A stretch of 58,244 bases of DNA. It comes from Candidatus Omnitrophota bacterium (GTDB lineage: Bacteria; Omnitrophota; Gorgyraeia; Zapsychrales; JAHFFX01). Below are positions 28,897 to 38,236 of this stretch, piece after piece. Position 1 is the first letter of the stretch; every line of letters begins with the position of its first letter. The position numbers and the translations under genes are program-made. Below the pieces are notes generated by a model. The model was not told the origin of the DNA, did no database searches, and saw only the letters and a list, made by a program, of their open reading frames with translations. The DNA lies in assembly GCA_023247725.1 (NCBI GenBank), contig JAHFFW010000016.1, forward strand, positions 1 through 58,244, written 5' to 3'.

Positions 28897-29469
28897 TTAT
28901 TCCTGAGCGTCCACCCGGGACAGAGAGGTTGAGCTCGGTTCAGTGAATGTGAAACTGCGGATTAACACCGCAAATAAATCTTTGTATTCCTCGAACCGGT
29001 TTCTGGTATTGACCGAAAAGCTGATCCGATAAAGCGCCTTATTTTTGATGACAAAATAATCCAAGATTTGCACATTGGGGTAGTGAATCGGATTGGCAAT
29101 GACGATTACCGCTTTTTGGCCGCCGACCCGCGATGGCCCAATTTTAAAATCCGGCTCATAATGGAAGTTGGCCTGCAAATTTTTGGGGCTAAGGTCTTCC
29201 CAAAGATATTGGCCTTGCGCGAACTTAGTGATCGTGACCGTCACAATATGACGTGGACGACCTTTGACCACCAACATCAGGCTTTCCGGCGAGATTTCCC
29301 TTTGCCAGTGAGGACTGCATTTGATCTGGAAGCCCAGATTTTTGTCAGTGCAGGTGGTCAAACGCGGTAAATGGGAAGCGGATGGCGCGGTGGATTCCTG
29401 GGCGGTCAAATTCTCTCCGGGACCCCAAAGCGTCGCGAGCAAAAATAAAAAAAAGAGGGTTCGTTTCAT
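28897..29469 (-). CDS. Exported hypothetical protein (PsbP-like pattern)
   Basis: Signal peptide MKRTLFFLFLLA; GFQIKCSPHW...FAVLIRSFTF; ATGA overlap with the upstream TIR gene. Confidence 0.6.
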   Translation of the reverse strand: MKRTLFFLFLLATLWGPGENLTAQESTAPSASHLPRLTTCTDKNLGFQIKCSPHWQREISPESLMLVVKGRPRHIVTVTITKFAQGQYLWEDLSPKNLQANFHYEPDFKIGPSRVGGQKAVIVIANPIHYPNVQILDYFVIKNKALYRISFSVNTRNRFEEYKDLFAVLIRSFTFTEPSSTSLSRVDAQE

Positions 29470-30269
29470 TTGTCCAGGATCAGATAACCGTTTGCCTTTA
29501 AACGCTCGTGCAAATCCCTTTCCCAACGGCCGGATTCATCCATGGGCGTATAGACGGCGTCATAAAACTTCGTCGGCAGGTCAAAATTCGGTTTTTCTTG
29601 ATAAAGAATAAATACCTGATTTCGCTGTAGTTTTCCCATCACATATCCCATTTCAAAGACGACGTTCGCCGTAGCCTTGAGCCGGGCATCCTTAGGGATA
29701 CCGTCTTTTCGGAAAGCCAACTCATCGGCGGACAAGATGACCACAGCGAATTGGAATTCTCCGACCTCGGCCAGCTTCTGTGCCAAGGATTTACCCTCAT
29801 TGTATTGGTCGAAGGAAAGGGTGGGTTTAAGCGACCAGCCTTTCAATTTTTGTAAAACCTTGGCGCACATCAATTCATTACGACCATTAATGACAAAGAC
29901 CTTCTTTCGTTCAACTTGTCTTGGCTCCGCGGGTGGAGTTGATGCGCCTTCGGTGGGGGATTGGACTTGTGACTCTGGAATTGACGTAACGGTAGCCAGA
30001 GGCATGATCGCAGGTTCGCTCGGCGACGATGCTGGCAGCGCTTTAGTCGAAGTATTTTCAGAAGGCTTGACCTCTCCTACAGCTAAAGCCCCGGCTACGG
30101 GTGACGACGAGTCGCCGGGGCTTGGAATGATTGGCGAGACTTCGCTCAATTTTGTTTGTTCCGTTTCCGGACCTTTTTCGTTAGAGGGTTCATTCAAAGA
30201 CCTTGTCTTTTTGAGTCGATCGAGGCGCGAGCGAAAAAAAATTAGAACGTTAAACCAGTTTATTGGCAT
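29466..30269 (-). CDS. TIR-like (PF10137-type) protein with Pro/Ser-rich N-terminus; catalytic Glu retained
   Basis: KKVFVINGRN, FAVVILSADE, KATANVVFEMGY.MGKL, DLPT. Confidence 0.85.
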   Translation of the reverse strand: MPINWFNVLIFFRSRLDRLKKTRSLNEPSNEKGPETEQTKLSEVSPIIPSPGDSSSPVAGALAVGEVKPSENTSTKALPASSPSEPAIMPLATVTSIPESQVQSPTEGASTPPAEPRQVERKKVFVINGRNELMCAKVLQKLKGWSLKPTLSFDQYNEGKSLAQKLAEVGEFQFAVVILSADELAFRKDGIPKDARLKATANVVFEMGYVMGKLQRNQVFILYQEKPNFDLPTKFYDAVYTPMDESGRWERDLHERLKANGYLILDK

Positions 30270-31671
30270 CGATCGTAAATCCGCAATTTTTTAAGGTGCG
30301 CAGAAGATCAAACTGCCAGCGACCGTGTTTGTCGCAGGGGGTGTACAGCACATCAAAATAATTCGTTGGTATCTCAAAATTTTTTTCTTCGGGATAAAGC
30401 ACGAAGACGCGATCGCGTCCCAGTTTCCCGATCAGGAATCCTAATTGAAAGATGACATTTTGCCTGGCCCTTTGCCGGACGCTTTCCGGTGATTGATCCC
30501 GGTGACGTCCTAAATCATCGCTTGATAAAAGGACAGCGGCAAAGGACACATACGGGTAATCTCGGAATTTTTGGACGAGAGTTTTGCCCTGGTTGTGACC
30601 GATATCGGAGAGAATGGGTTCGAGACCAATTTTTTGTAAGGCAAAAACCACCTGATCGCGCATGAGTGTATCATAGCCGTGGACCACGAATACCTGTTGC
30701 CGGACGGTTAAGCGGAAATCTTCCGGGCGGCCGGCTGGAGGAATCGCAGCTGGAATTTCTTGGGCGAGGGAAGACTTTTCCGGTGGGGCTTGGAATTCCG
30801 GTAGCGGCCAAGACGATCCGGTATCCGATGGAGCGATCGGTGCCGTTTCCTTTTTTTCTTGATTTGATTCCTCGCTTTTGGATTGGGCGATTTCTCCACT
30901 TTTGTCCTTCTCACGCACATCCTTGTAACCCGGAAGTAACATATCCGCGATTTCATCGAATTCCTCATCGTCGATGTCGTTGTCGGCCGAAGGAAGCTCT
31001 GACGGCTTTTTTATTGGAATCTCCAGCGGGATTTCTTCAGCAGAAGACTCGGCCTTTGCGTGTTGTTGTGAATCGCCGGCAGATTCAGGCTCCTGCACCG
31101 GTTGGGTTTCTTCTTCTACTTTGGCTTGGGAGATAAAGGTTGTTTCTTCGTCTCTATTGAGCGGTTGAGGCGGGATTTCTATTTCATCTAAGAGTTCCAA
31201 TTCTTCAGGTGTCGGTTCGGGGGTGGTTTCCGCTAAAGATTCGTCCCGGTGAGCGGAACTTGTCAAAGGGGGTTCGGGTTCGGGGCGATCGAAGGTTTTG
31301 TCTTCTTTATCCGTTTGCGGTTGAGAAGCGAATGGAGACAAATCCAGGGCTTGGTCCATCTCTTCGCGCAAGGCCTCGGGAAGAGACCCTAGAAAAGGAT
31401 CTTGCAGAACTGCGTTCAAAAGTTTTTTGAGATTGAGAATCCCTTGCTGCCAGCTGGAGCGGTAATCCTCTTCCGTCGAATAAAAGGAACCCGGCGTAAA
31501 ACGGATCCGCTGCAATTCATGCCGGTAATCGGACGACTCGCCAAAGATATCGCGGATGGTTCGATCGGCTTCGTGGCGAAATTCGTCCAGCCGGATCTTA
31601 TTGCGATAAGGCAATAGATCGACTTTCTGCAAAAGCCCCCAGATCATTCCCTGTTTTTTGAATTCCGTCAT
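30250..31671 (-). CDS. TIR-like (PF10137-type) protein with helical N-domain and long acidic linker; catalytic Glu replaced by Gln
   Basis: QVFVVHGYD, FAAVLLSSDD, RARQNVIFQLGFLIGKLGR; start reassigned to ATG 31671. Confidence 0.85.
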   Translation of the reverse strand: MTEFKKQGMIWGLLQKVDLLPYRNKIRLDEFRHEADRTIRDIFGESSDYRHELQRIRFTPGSFYSTEEDYRSSWQQGILNLKKLLNAVLQDPFLGSLPEALREEMDQALDLSPFASQPQTDKEDKTFDRPEPEPPLTSSAHRDESLAETTPEPTPEELELLDEIEIPPQPLNRDEETTFISQAKVEEETQPVQEPESAGDSQQHAKAESSAEEIPLEIPIKKPSELPSADNDIDDEEFDEIADMLLPGYKDVREKDKSGEIAQSKSEESNQEKKETAPIAPSDTGSSWPLPEFQAPPEKSSLAQEIPAAIPPAGRPEDFRLTVRQQVFVVHGYDTLMRDQVVFALQKIGLEPILSDIGHNQGKTLVQKFRDYPYVSFAAVLLSSDDLGRHRDQSPESVRQRARQNVIFQLGFLIGKLGRDRVFVLYPEEKNFEIPTNYFDVLYTPCDKHGRWQFDLLRTLKNCGFTIDANKLV

Positions 31672-31711
31672 GGCCGTGCTACATCCCGGATCGAAAGGAT
31701 CGTTCCGCAAA

Positions 31712-33007
31712 TTATAATAATTCCCCGCGAACGGCTTGTCCATCCAACGTTGTTAACCGGACGAGCTTCAGTTGATTCTGCAGGTTGATCGAATCTCTGG
31801 TGCGGATTTTAACGCGGGCGTAATGATCGGTAAATCCAGCCCAATCACCCAATTTTTTTTCCTCAAAAAGAACGGATTGGGTCGTCCCCAAGAGATTGTG
31901 GAGAAACTGCTGGCGTTTGAGAACACTCAGATCTCTTAAAATTCGGCTGCGTCGCCGAATTTCACTTTCCGCCACCGGATCAGGAAGAAGTCTGCTTTGC
32001 GCATACCTTCGCTCAGAATAACTGAAGACATGCAGATAGGATAAAGGAAGTTCTTCCAGCCCTTGCACGGTTGCGGCAAAATCCTCGCTGGTCTCGCCGG
32101 GAAAACCCACAATGCAATCCGTCCCCAGGCAGATTTCGGGAACGACCTTCTTGACATTCCCAATAAAGTCCTGAAATTCCTGAATTGAATATTTTCGCTT
32201 CATCTTCTTTAAAATGACGTCACTGCCGCTTTGCAGAGGAACATGCAAATAACGGCAGAGCTTGCTGCCTTGCGCCATTCGTTGAAACAATTCCCTCGGG
32301 ATCGTTGTCGGTTCAATCGAAGAAATTCTGATCCTGCATAATCCGTCAATTCGTTCAAGCGCCTCGATGACATCCATAATTTTTTTGTGTTCGTGATCGT
32401 AGGTGCCCAGATTGATGCCGGTTAAAACCAATTCCTTGTGGCCGGCCGCGACGAGCGCCTGGGCCTCCCAGAGGATGTCCGCGAACTCGCGGCTGCGGGC
32501 GCGGCCGCGCGCGTAAGGGATTTCGCAGAATGAACAGAAGAAATCACAGCCGTCTTGGATCTTCAAATTGGCGCGCGTGTGAGCGCGATCGATTCCGGCC
32601 GTGGGAATTCTAAAGGCCTTTCTCGGGATAGGCGGAACAATCACCTGAGTTTGAACGGGATTGGGCTCTGCCTCCACGATGGTTGCCAGGTCAAGTTTTT
32701 GCGCGTTACCGACGACCCAGCGAACATTGGCCCAATGGGCCAGTTGCTCCTTTTGTATCTGCGCCTGACAACCCACCAGCGCAATCTTTGCGCCGGGATT
32801 GCGCATGTTGATGCGCTGGACCAATCGCCGTGCGTCGGCATCGCCATTTTCGGTTACGGTACAGGTATTGATGACCACCACATCGGCCGGTTGATCAACA
32901 TTCACCACGCGATACCCTTTGGATTCAAAGGAGCGTTGAAGGACAGCGGTTTCGGCTTGGTTCAAACGGCAACCGAATGTGTAAAAGGCTACGGATTCAG
33001 GATGCAT
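31712..33007 (-). CDS. mtaB: tRNA t6A37 methylthiotransferase
   Basis: TFGCRLNQAET, INTCTVT, radical SAM CDFFCSFC, LHVFSYSER. Confidence 0.9.
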   Translation of the reverse strand: MHPESVAFYTFGCRLNQAETAVLQRSFESKGYRVVNVDQPADVVVINTCTVTENGDADARRLVQRINMRNPGAKIALVGCQAQIQKEQLAHWANVRWVVGNAQKLDLATIVEAEPNPVQTQVIVPPIPRKAFRIPTAGIDRAHTRANLKIQDGCDFFCSFCEIPYARGRARSREFADILWEAQALVAAGHKELVLTGINLGTYDHEHKKIMDVIEALERIDGLCRIRISSIEPTTIPRELFQRMAQGSKLCRYLHVPLQSGSDVILKKMKRKYSIQEFQDFIGNVKKVVPEICLGTDCIVGFPGETSEDFAATVQGLEELPLSYLHVFSYSERRYAQSRLLPDPVAESEIRRRSRILRDLSVLKRQQFLHNLLGTTQSVLFEEKKLGDWAGFTDHYARVKIRTRDSINLQNQLKLVRLTTLDGQAVRGELL

Positions 33008-33015
33008 GATTGAGG

Positions 33016-33759
33016 TTAAGGATTCGGCTCGTTACTTAAAAAATCGTCGAGGAAATTTCTTTTACTGTGGCGGAATAAGGATTGACCGGTCTCGGAACTG
33101 AAGTAATAGAGCATCCCCAGAAAAATAAAAGTGTGCAGCATTTCTAATTGGGTACTGAGATTCGGATGGTAACCATGCGAAACCTTAGCGGCCAGACCCA
33201 AGAGATCATTGATGTTTATTTGGCTTTGGGCGAGCAAGCCCTCCACTTTTTCACGATAAACGTAAACATAGGTTTGCCAGAAAAAGGAAATGCAGATGCT
33301 GAGATAAACAAACCATTTGACCCAGGGAAAAACAATCGTGAATCCGATTCCGGCCACAATAAGCCACATGCTTAAGATGAGATAAATATAAAGCCGCACC
33401 GGGTGGCTCATGAGAAAAAACACGGCTTCAAAATTTTTTAACCGTTCGATGGTCAAATAAATCTCATCTCGCCCCAGCTCAATATTTTCTTTGAGAATCT
33501 CATTTTGATTTAACCACTGGTCTTTGCTGATCCGGCCTTTGAAATAATCCTTGTCGAGTGTCCGACCAAGTCTTTGGGTGTTCACTTCGTATTCCAACAG
33601 CTTTCGGGAACGGAGTCCGTCCCAATCCGTGGGGCCGACGGAATTGACCACATCATTGAGATAAGTGATCCCGCTGATGAGAAGAATAATGCCGATGATG
33701 ATGGTTCCAATCGTCCCTTTTTGGATACTGCGGTTTAGCTTTAGATGGAGTGTTGCCAT
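33016..33759 (-). CDS. Hypothetical membrane protein
   Basis: About four TM segments; co-oriented within the operon. Confidence 0.65.
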   Translation of the reverse strand: MATLHLKLNRSIQKGTIGTIIIGIILLISGITYLNDVVNSVGPTDWDGLRSRKLLEYEVNTQRLGRTLDKDYFKGRISKDQWLNQNEILKENIELGRDEIYLTIERLKNFEAVFFLMSHPVRLYIYLILSMWLIVAGIGFTIVFPWVKWFVYLSICISFFWQTYVYVYREKVEGLLAQSQININDLLGLAAKVSHGYHPNLSTQLEMLHTFIFLGMLYYFSSETGQSLFRHSKRNFLDDFLSNEPNP

Positions 33760-34115
33760 AAGATTTTAAAGAACGTCAGCCACGCTAAGAGAAAGCAAAT
33801 CCCCCCGAAGGGAGTGATGGCGCCCAGCCATTTTTGGCCGGTCACAGCTAGCAAGTAAAGACTGCCGCAGAAAAGCGTAATGCCCAAAATCAGCAGAACT
33901 CCGACCCATTCGGTTTTGGGATTGTTGGAGATGGAGCTAAACCAGGCTAGGATCAAAAGTCCCTGGGCGTGTACCACGTGATAAAGCACGGCCGTTTTGT
34001 AAATATCCATGGAATATTCAGAGATCTTTCCTCTTAATGCATGCGAACCAAAAGCCCCCAGCCCCACGGCCAGGAACATGGCGAGCGTCCCCCATCTGGC
34101 CCAAACGATTCCCAT
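33741..34115 (-). CDS. DUF423 (YgdD/TMEM256) membrane protein
   Basis: AVGLGAFGSH, TAVLYH..HA, FCGSLY, GAITPFGG. Confidence 0.92.
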   Translation of the reverse strand: MGIVWARWGTLAMFLAVGLGAFGSHALRGKISEYSMDIYKTAVLYHVVHAQGLLILAWFSSISNNPKTEWVGVLLILGITLFCGSLYLLAVTGQKWLGAITPFGGICFLLAWLTFFKILWQHSI

Positions 34116-34123
34116 CGGTTTCC

Positions 34124-35404
34124 TTAACTGTTCGCGATATTTTTATTAAGCCATTCCAAGGCTTGATCAATACCGAGGAGAGTGGCTTTGATTCTCAGAT
34201 CAAAATGCCGGTTGTGGGTTCTTCCCTTGTGTGCATGTACTTTGATGAGTCGAACATTTTCTTCCAGATCCGGATACGAGAGTTTTTCTTCGACGTGAAT
34301 ATCGTGGCCTAAAAGAGCTTGAGGATCAAATTCAAATTCATGACGACGATAAGTCCCATCTTGGCAACGGGCCGAGCACATGATTTTGACCGGTCGAAGT
34401 AAAGGAAACGCGAGCGACCCCTCGAGCCCATTACGAATGACCACTGCCCCGGGGAATCCGGCGCGCTCCGCAATCGTGATCATTTTTTCAGTAAAAGGCG
34501 GATGAAATGCCGAGGTGAATAAAATTCGCGCACCCGCCGGATTCAAAAATCGTTCCAACGTGGCCAGAAAGGGCCGCTTAATGATTTGTCGCCGGAGGTT
34601 GACCCAATGGTCTAAAGGGCGAGACAAAAATGCCTGATGCAGAAAATATCCGAACGCGGGTTGAGTGTCCGTGATTTCCGTATTATTCAAGGGAAAATGA
34701 CCCTTGAGGGCCGAAGATAAATCCAAAAGATTGTATCCGGATTTGGGTCCGCTGTTTCGGCCCACGAGACTGATCACCCGGTATCGGTGTGCGATCAGAT
34801 GCTGGGCCATAAGCGGAGTCAACAAATACGATTGATCAACACCATCGAAGGGTTCTGCCAGTTGAATGATGGGAAATCCCGGCGGGGTTGGAATCCGAAA
34901 CCCCCTCTCGATGGTTTCTTGGATGCTCAGGCGCAGGCCCTCATATTCTTCGGAGGTTTCATACCGCACCCGCAAGGCCGTGGCCACCAAACCCCGTGCG
35001 CCATCGCCGGGAAGATCGGAAAATAAAAAGCGCCCCAGTTCCAAAGCCTTTGAGAGAGGAAGTTCTTTGCCATCAAGGAGCTCCTGGCAGATCATTTGAA
35101 TGGATTCTGGCACATCATGGGCGAGGAATTGGGCAAGATTTCGGGCACTCTGAAGAGTGCCGGCCGGCAGGGCCGATTCTAAAATTTTTTCTGGTGGTGT
35201 AATTCCTTTCAAAAATAACCCGGCGAAAAAAGCCCCTTTCTCAACTGGCAAAATTTTTTCCGTCTGTAAATCCGAAAGGATTGCCTGAGCAAGTTCTGGG
35301 CTTAAGGCTTTGCTCCCTCTTTTTCCCACACCGACGGTTTTGATTCCAAGCCGGATGGGCGTATCCTGCAAGGCGGTTGGAGCTAACTCTGAAATAGGGT
35401 TCAT
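34124..35404 (-). CDS. Anthranilate phosphoribosyltransferase-like (glycosyltransferase family 3, YbiB-like) protein
   Basis: IKTVGVGKRGSKAL, EPFDG, RQIIKRPFLATLE, FHPPF, GLEGS. Confidence 0.7.
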   Translation of the reverse strand: MNPISELAPTALQDTPIRLGIKTVGVGKRGSKALSPELAQAILSDLQTEKILPVEKGAFFAGLFLKGITPPEKILESALPAGTLQSARNLAQFLAHDVPESIQMICQELLDGKELPLSKALELGRFLFSDLPGDGARGLVATALRVRYETSEEYEGLRLSIQETIERGFRIPTPPGFPIIQLAEPFDGVDQSYLLTPLMAQHLIAHRYRVISLVGRNSGPKSGYNLLDLSSALKGHFPLNNTEITDTQPAFGYFLHQAFLSRPLDHWVNLRRQIIKRPFLATLERFLNPAGARILFTSAFHPPFTEKMITIAERAGFPGAVVIRNGLEGSLAFPLLRPVKIMCSARCQDGTYRRHEFEFDPQALLGHDIHVEEKLSYPDLEENVRLIKVHAHKGRTHNRHFDLRIKATLLGIDQALEWLNKNIANS

Positions 35405-35534
35405 GCATTTACCCAAAATGAGGATTCCATAAAAATCCTTTGTTATCAATGCCATTAGTATAACTTTCTAGGATTAAAAATCAACCCTTTCGACGCATGT
35501 TCCAATGCCAGGGCTTAGCATCCTTAGCAAATTC

Positions 35535-35562
35535 TTGCTTAACACCGGGTTTACGTTATAAT
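35535..35562 (+). promoter_or_regulatory. Putative sigma70 promoter of dusB
   Basis: TTGCTT, 16 bp spacer, TATAAT. Confidence 0.5.
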
Positions 35563-35617
35563 TGAAACGAATTTTCTCATATGCGGATCAATTTGTTTCA
35601 ACCGAGCAAATAAACTC

Positions 35618-36613
35618 ATGCGTATCGGCAAGATTTCCATTGAAAAACCTTTAGCCCTCGCTCCCATGGAAGATGTGACCGAAGCCCCCTTTCGGCTCAT
35701 CTGTAAAGGTTTGGGAGCGGATTTGGTTTATACGGAATTCACGAGCAGTGAGGCACTCATTCGCCAGGTGCCGGCCGCGTTGCGTAAGATTGAAATCCTC
35801 GAGGAGGAGCGTCCCATCGGAATTCAGCTCTTCGGCGGATTGGAGCACTCGATGGAGGGCGCGGCGAAACTTGTTGAGCAATTTTCTCCGGATTTGATTG
35901 ACATCAATTGCGGGTGTTGGGTCCGCAACCACGTTGCCCGCGGCGAGGGTGCGGCCCTTCTCAAGGATCTCTCGCGTTTCGAATCCATTGTGCGCAAGAC
36001 GGTCCAGGCCACTTCCCTTCCGGTGACGGTCAAGACCCGTTTGGGCTGGGACGAGAATTCCATTGTGATTTTAGAGGTGGCAAAAATCGTCGAACAAGCG
36101 GGAGCCAAGGCCTTGGCCGTGCATTGCCGGACCCGGGCGCAAGCCCATCAGGGCTTTGCCGACTGGAACTGGCTGGAAAAGATCAAAAAAGTGATTTCGA
36201 TCCCCCTCATTGGCAACGGCGACGTCAACACCGTTGAGGATGTCAAACAAATGTTTGAAACCGGTTGTGATGGGGTCATGATCGGCCGGGGTGCCATCGC
36301 GAATCCCTGGATCTTTCAGCAGGCCAAGTCCTATATGACGAAAGGGATTATTCCGCTGGAACCTTCTCTTCGGGAGAAAATTGAGTTATGCATCGAGCAT
36401 CTGATGCTTTCGGTTCACTTTAAGGGTCCACGTGACGGAGTTGTCACGTTCCGTAAATTTTATTCCGGATACTTGCACGGGCTACCCAATGTCGCCAGGC
36501 TTCGCAATGAACTCATGCAGATGACGGCCTTGGATTCGATCATCGATCGCTTGCAGCAATTCCTCGACCAAAATGTCCATCGTTGGAACGAACCTGCCCT
36601 CAGTTCTTCTTAA
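35618..36613 (+). CDS. dusB: tRNA-dihydrouridine synthase
   Basis: LAPMEDVT, DINCGC, VTVKTRLGW, HCRT, GNGDV, GVMIGRGA. Confidence 0.92.
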   Translation: MRIGKISIEKPLALAPMEDVTEAPFRLICKGLGADLVYTEFTSSEALIRQVPAALRKIEILEEERPIGIQLFGGLEHSMEGAAKLVEQFSPDLIDINCGCWVRNHVARGEGAALLKDLSRFESIVRKTVQATSLPVTVKTRLGWDENSIVILEVAKIVEQAGAKALAVHCRTRAQAHQGFADWNWLEKIKKVISIPLIGNGDVNTVEDVKQMFETGCDGVMIGRGAIANPWIFQQAKSYMTKGIIPLEPSLREKIELCIEHLMLSVHFKGPRDGVVTFRKFYSGYLHGLPNVARLRNELMQMTALDSIIDRLQQFLDQNVHRWNEPALSSS

Positions 36614-36707
36614 ATTCTTTTCGCCACAAAAATTTCACAAGAATTTGCTTTTGATGGATAACTTGTTACAATGAAAATCCACAATTTTCCTTCAAGCGGT
36701 TCATCGC

Positions 36708-38102
36708 ATGAAACACTATGATTTGATTGTCATCGGTTCTGGCGGAGGCGCCAAACTCATTGGTCCTTGCGCTCGATTGGGACTCAAAGTCGCCGCCATT
36801 GAAAAACAAGCCTTGGGCGGAACGTGCCTCAACCGCGGCTGTATTCCTTCCAAAATGCTGATCCATCCGGCGGATTTGGCCATGGAAATCAAAGGCAGTG
36901 GCAAATTCGGCCTGCAGATGCCGGGGCGATTACGCGTGGATTTTGCGGCGCTCATCAACCGGATCTCGCAGACCGTGGATGGCGACTCGGAAAAAATTGC
37001 CGCCGGATATGCAAAAAATCCCAATATTGATTTTTATCCCTTCGAAGCGCGTTTCTTATCCGATCGTGTCATTGAAGTCCATGGTGAGAAAATGACCGCG
37101 GACAAAATTTTTATTGCCGTTGGCGCGCGGCCATTTGTTCCTCCCATTCCTGGTCTTAAAGGAACCCCTTTCATGACGAGCACCGAAGCCTTACGCAATG
37201 GGAATCTTCCTCAAAAAATGATTGTTCTCGGCGGTGGTTTTATTGCTGTGGAACTTGGACACGCCTACGGGGCGTTAGGTACAGAAGTGCACTTTTTGGT
37301 CCGCCGGCGCTTATTGTCCCGGGAGGATCGCCAGATCAGTGACGAATTCCAGCGAGTATTTTCCCAGTTCCATCAAGTCCATTTGGGTGTCATCCCCACA
37401 CGGATGGAATATGATGGAGAAGAATTCCATGTTTTCTTCCAAGATCAACATAAAAAGGAACATCGTCTTTGTGCCGACGCATTGCTGGTGGCCAATAGCA
37501 TTGTTCCCAATACCGATGCCTTAGGTTTGGAGAACACCTCGATTGCCCTCAATTCCGACGGGTTCGTCCTGGTGAATGATTTTTTGGAAACCACAGCCCC
37601 AGATGTTTATGCCTTGGGAGATTGCATCGGACGATATTTTTACCGGCATACGGTGAATTATGAAGGCGAATATTTGTTCCGTACTCTTTTTAAAGAAGAA
37701 ATCCGCAAACCGCTGGTTTATCCGCCCATCCCGCATGCCGTCTTTACTCACCCGCAAATCGCCTCCGTCGGAAAAACTGAGGATGAACTCAAGATGGATG
37801 GCGTTGATTACATGGTGGGTCTTAACCCTTATCAGAAAAGCGCCATGGGCATGGCGCTTTTATCGGATTCGGGCTTTGTGAAACTGTTATTTGAGCGCTC
37901 CACGCGAATCCTTTTGGGCGCGCATATCATTGGCGATGAAGCATCCAATATGATCCACATGCTCATTGCCTTCATGTATAAGAAGGCAACCTTGGATGAT
38001 CTCTTGGGAATGGTTTACGTGCATCCGGCGCTTCCCGAGATTGTGCGCAATGCGGCGCGAAATGCGCAGGCGGAGTTTGAAAGAGCTGGTAAAAGGGATT
38101 AA
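36708..38102 (+). CDS. Class I pyridine nucleotide-disulfide oxidoreductase (mycothione/glutathione reductase-like)
   Basis: GSGGG FAD site, GGTCLNRGCIPSK, GGGFIA...LVRRR, C-terminal HPALPE. Confidence 0.85.
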   Translation: MKHYDLIVIGSGGGAKLIGPCARLGLKVAAIEKQALGGTCLNRGCIPSKMLIHPADLAMEIKGSGKFGLQMPGRLRVDFAALINRISQTVDGDSEKIAAGYAKNPNIDFYPFEARFLSDRVIEVHGEKMTADKIFIAVGARPFVPPIPGLKGTPFMTSTEALRNGNLPQKMIVLGGGFIAVELGHAYGALGTEVHFLVRRRLLSREDRQISDEFQRVFSQFHQVHLGVIPTRMEYDGEEFHVFFQDQHKKEHRLCADALLVANSIVPNTDALGLENTSIALNSDGFVLVNDFLETTAPDVYALGDCIGRYFYRHTVNYEGEYLFRTLFKEEIRKPLVYPPIPHAVFTHPQIASVGKTEDELKMDGVDYMVGLNPYQKSAMGMALLSDSGFVKLLFERSTRILLGAHIIGDEASNMIHMLIAFMYKKATLDDLLGMVYVHPALPEIVRNAARNAQAEFERAGKRD

Positions 38103-38193
38103 AGGAATTGGGGATTTTGGGAATTAGGGACTTGGATGAGAGAAGCGTCTTAATGGCCTAAATCCCATAATCCTTTATTCCCTAAATCCCAAT
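38103..38193. repeat. Inverted pair of ~8-9 bp degenerate tandem repeats
   Basis: GGAATTGG/GGATTTTGG/GAATTAGG/GACTTGG, then CCTAAATC/CCATAATC/CCTAAATC/CCAA. Confidence 0.75.
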
Positions 38194-38199
38194 CGCACG

Positions 38200-38228
38200 T
38201 TGACACACTAAAGTCACTTCCCTATAAT
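38200..38228 (+). promoter_or_regulatory. Consensus sigma70 promoter, probably giving a near-leaderless transcript
   Basis: TTGACA (38200-38205), 17 bp spacer, TATAAT (38223-38228); ATG 8 nt downstream with no RBS. Confidence 0.8.
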
Positions 38229-38236
38229 AGGCCCCA

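Noticed and set aside
14828-30294. Long alternative-frame ORFs such as 14828..15415, 16566..17201, 21109..21894, 22065..22946 and 29677..30294
   Set aside because: They are shadows fully overlapping well-supported genes and carry no motifs of their own.
29466-31671. CBASS, Pycsar or Thoeris system
   Set aside because: No CD-NTase, PycC cyclase, STING/SAVED/cNMP sensor or ThsA-like gene is nearby.
35618-36613. dus gene as an island integration site
   Set aside because: dusB is intact, with no duplicated 5' stub or integrase beside it.
36708-38102. Dihydrolipoamide dehydrogenase (lpdA)
   Set aside because: The nucleotide-binding motif is NADPH-like and no E1/E2 or glycine-cleavage genes are adjacent, so the symbol was withheld.
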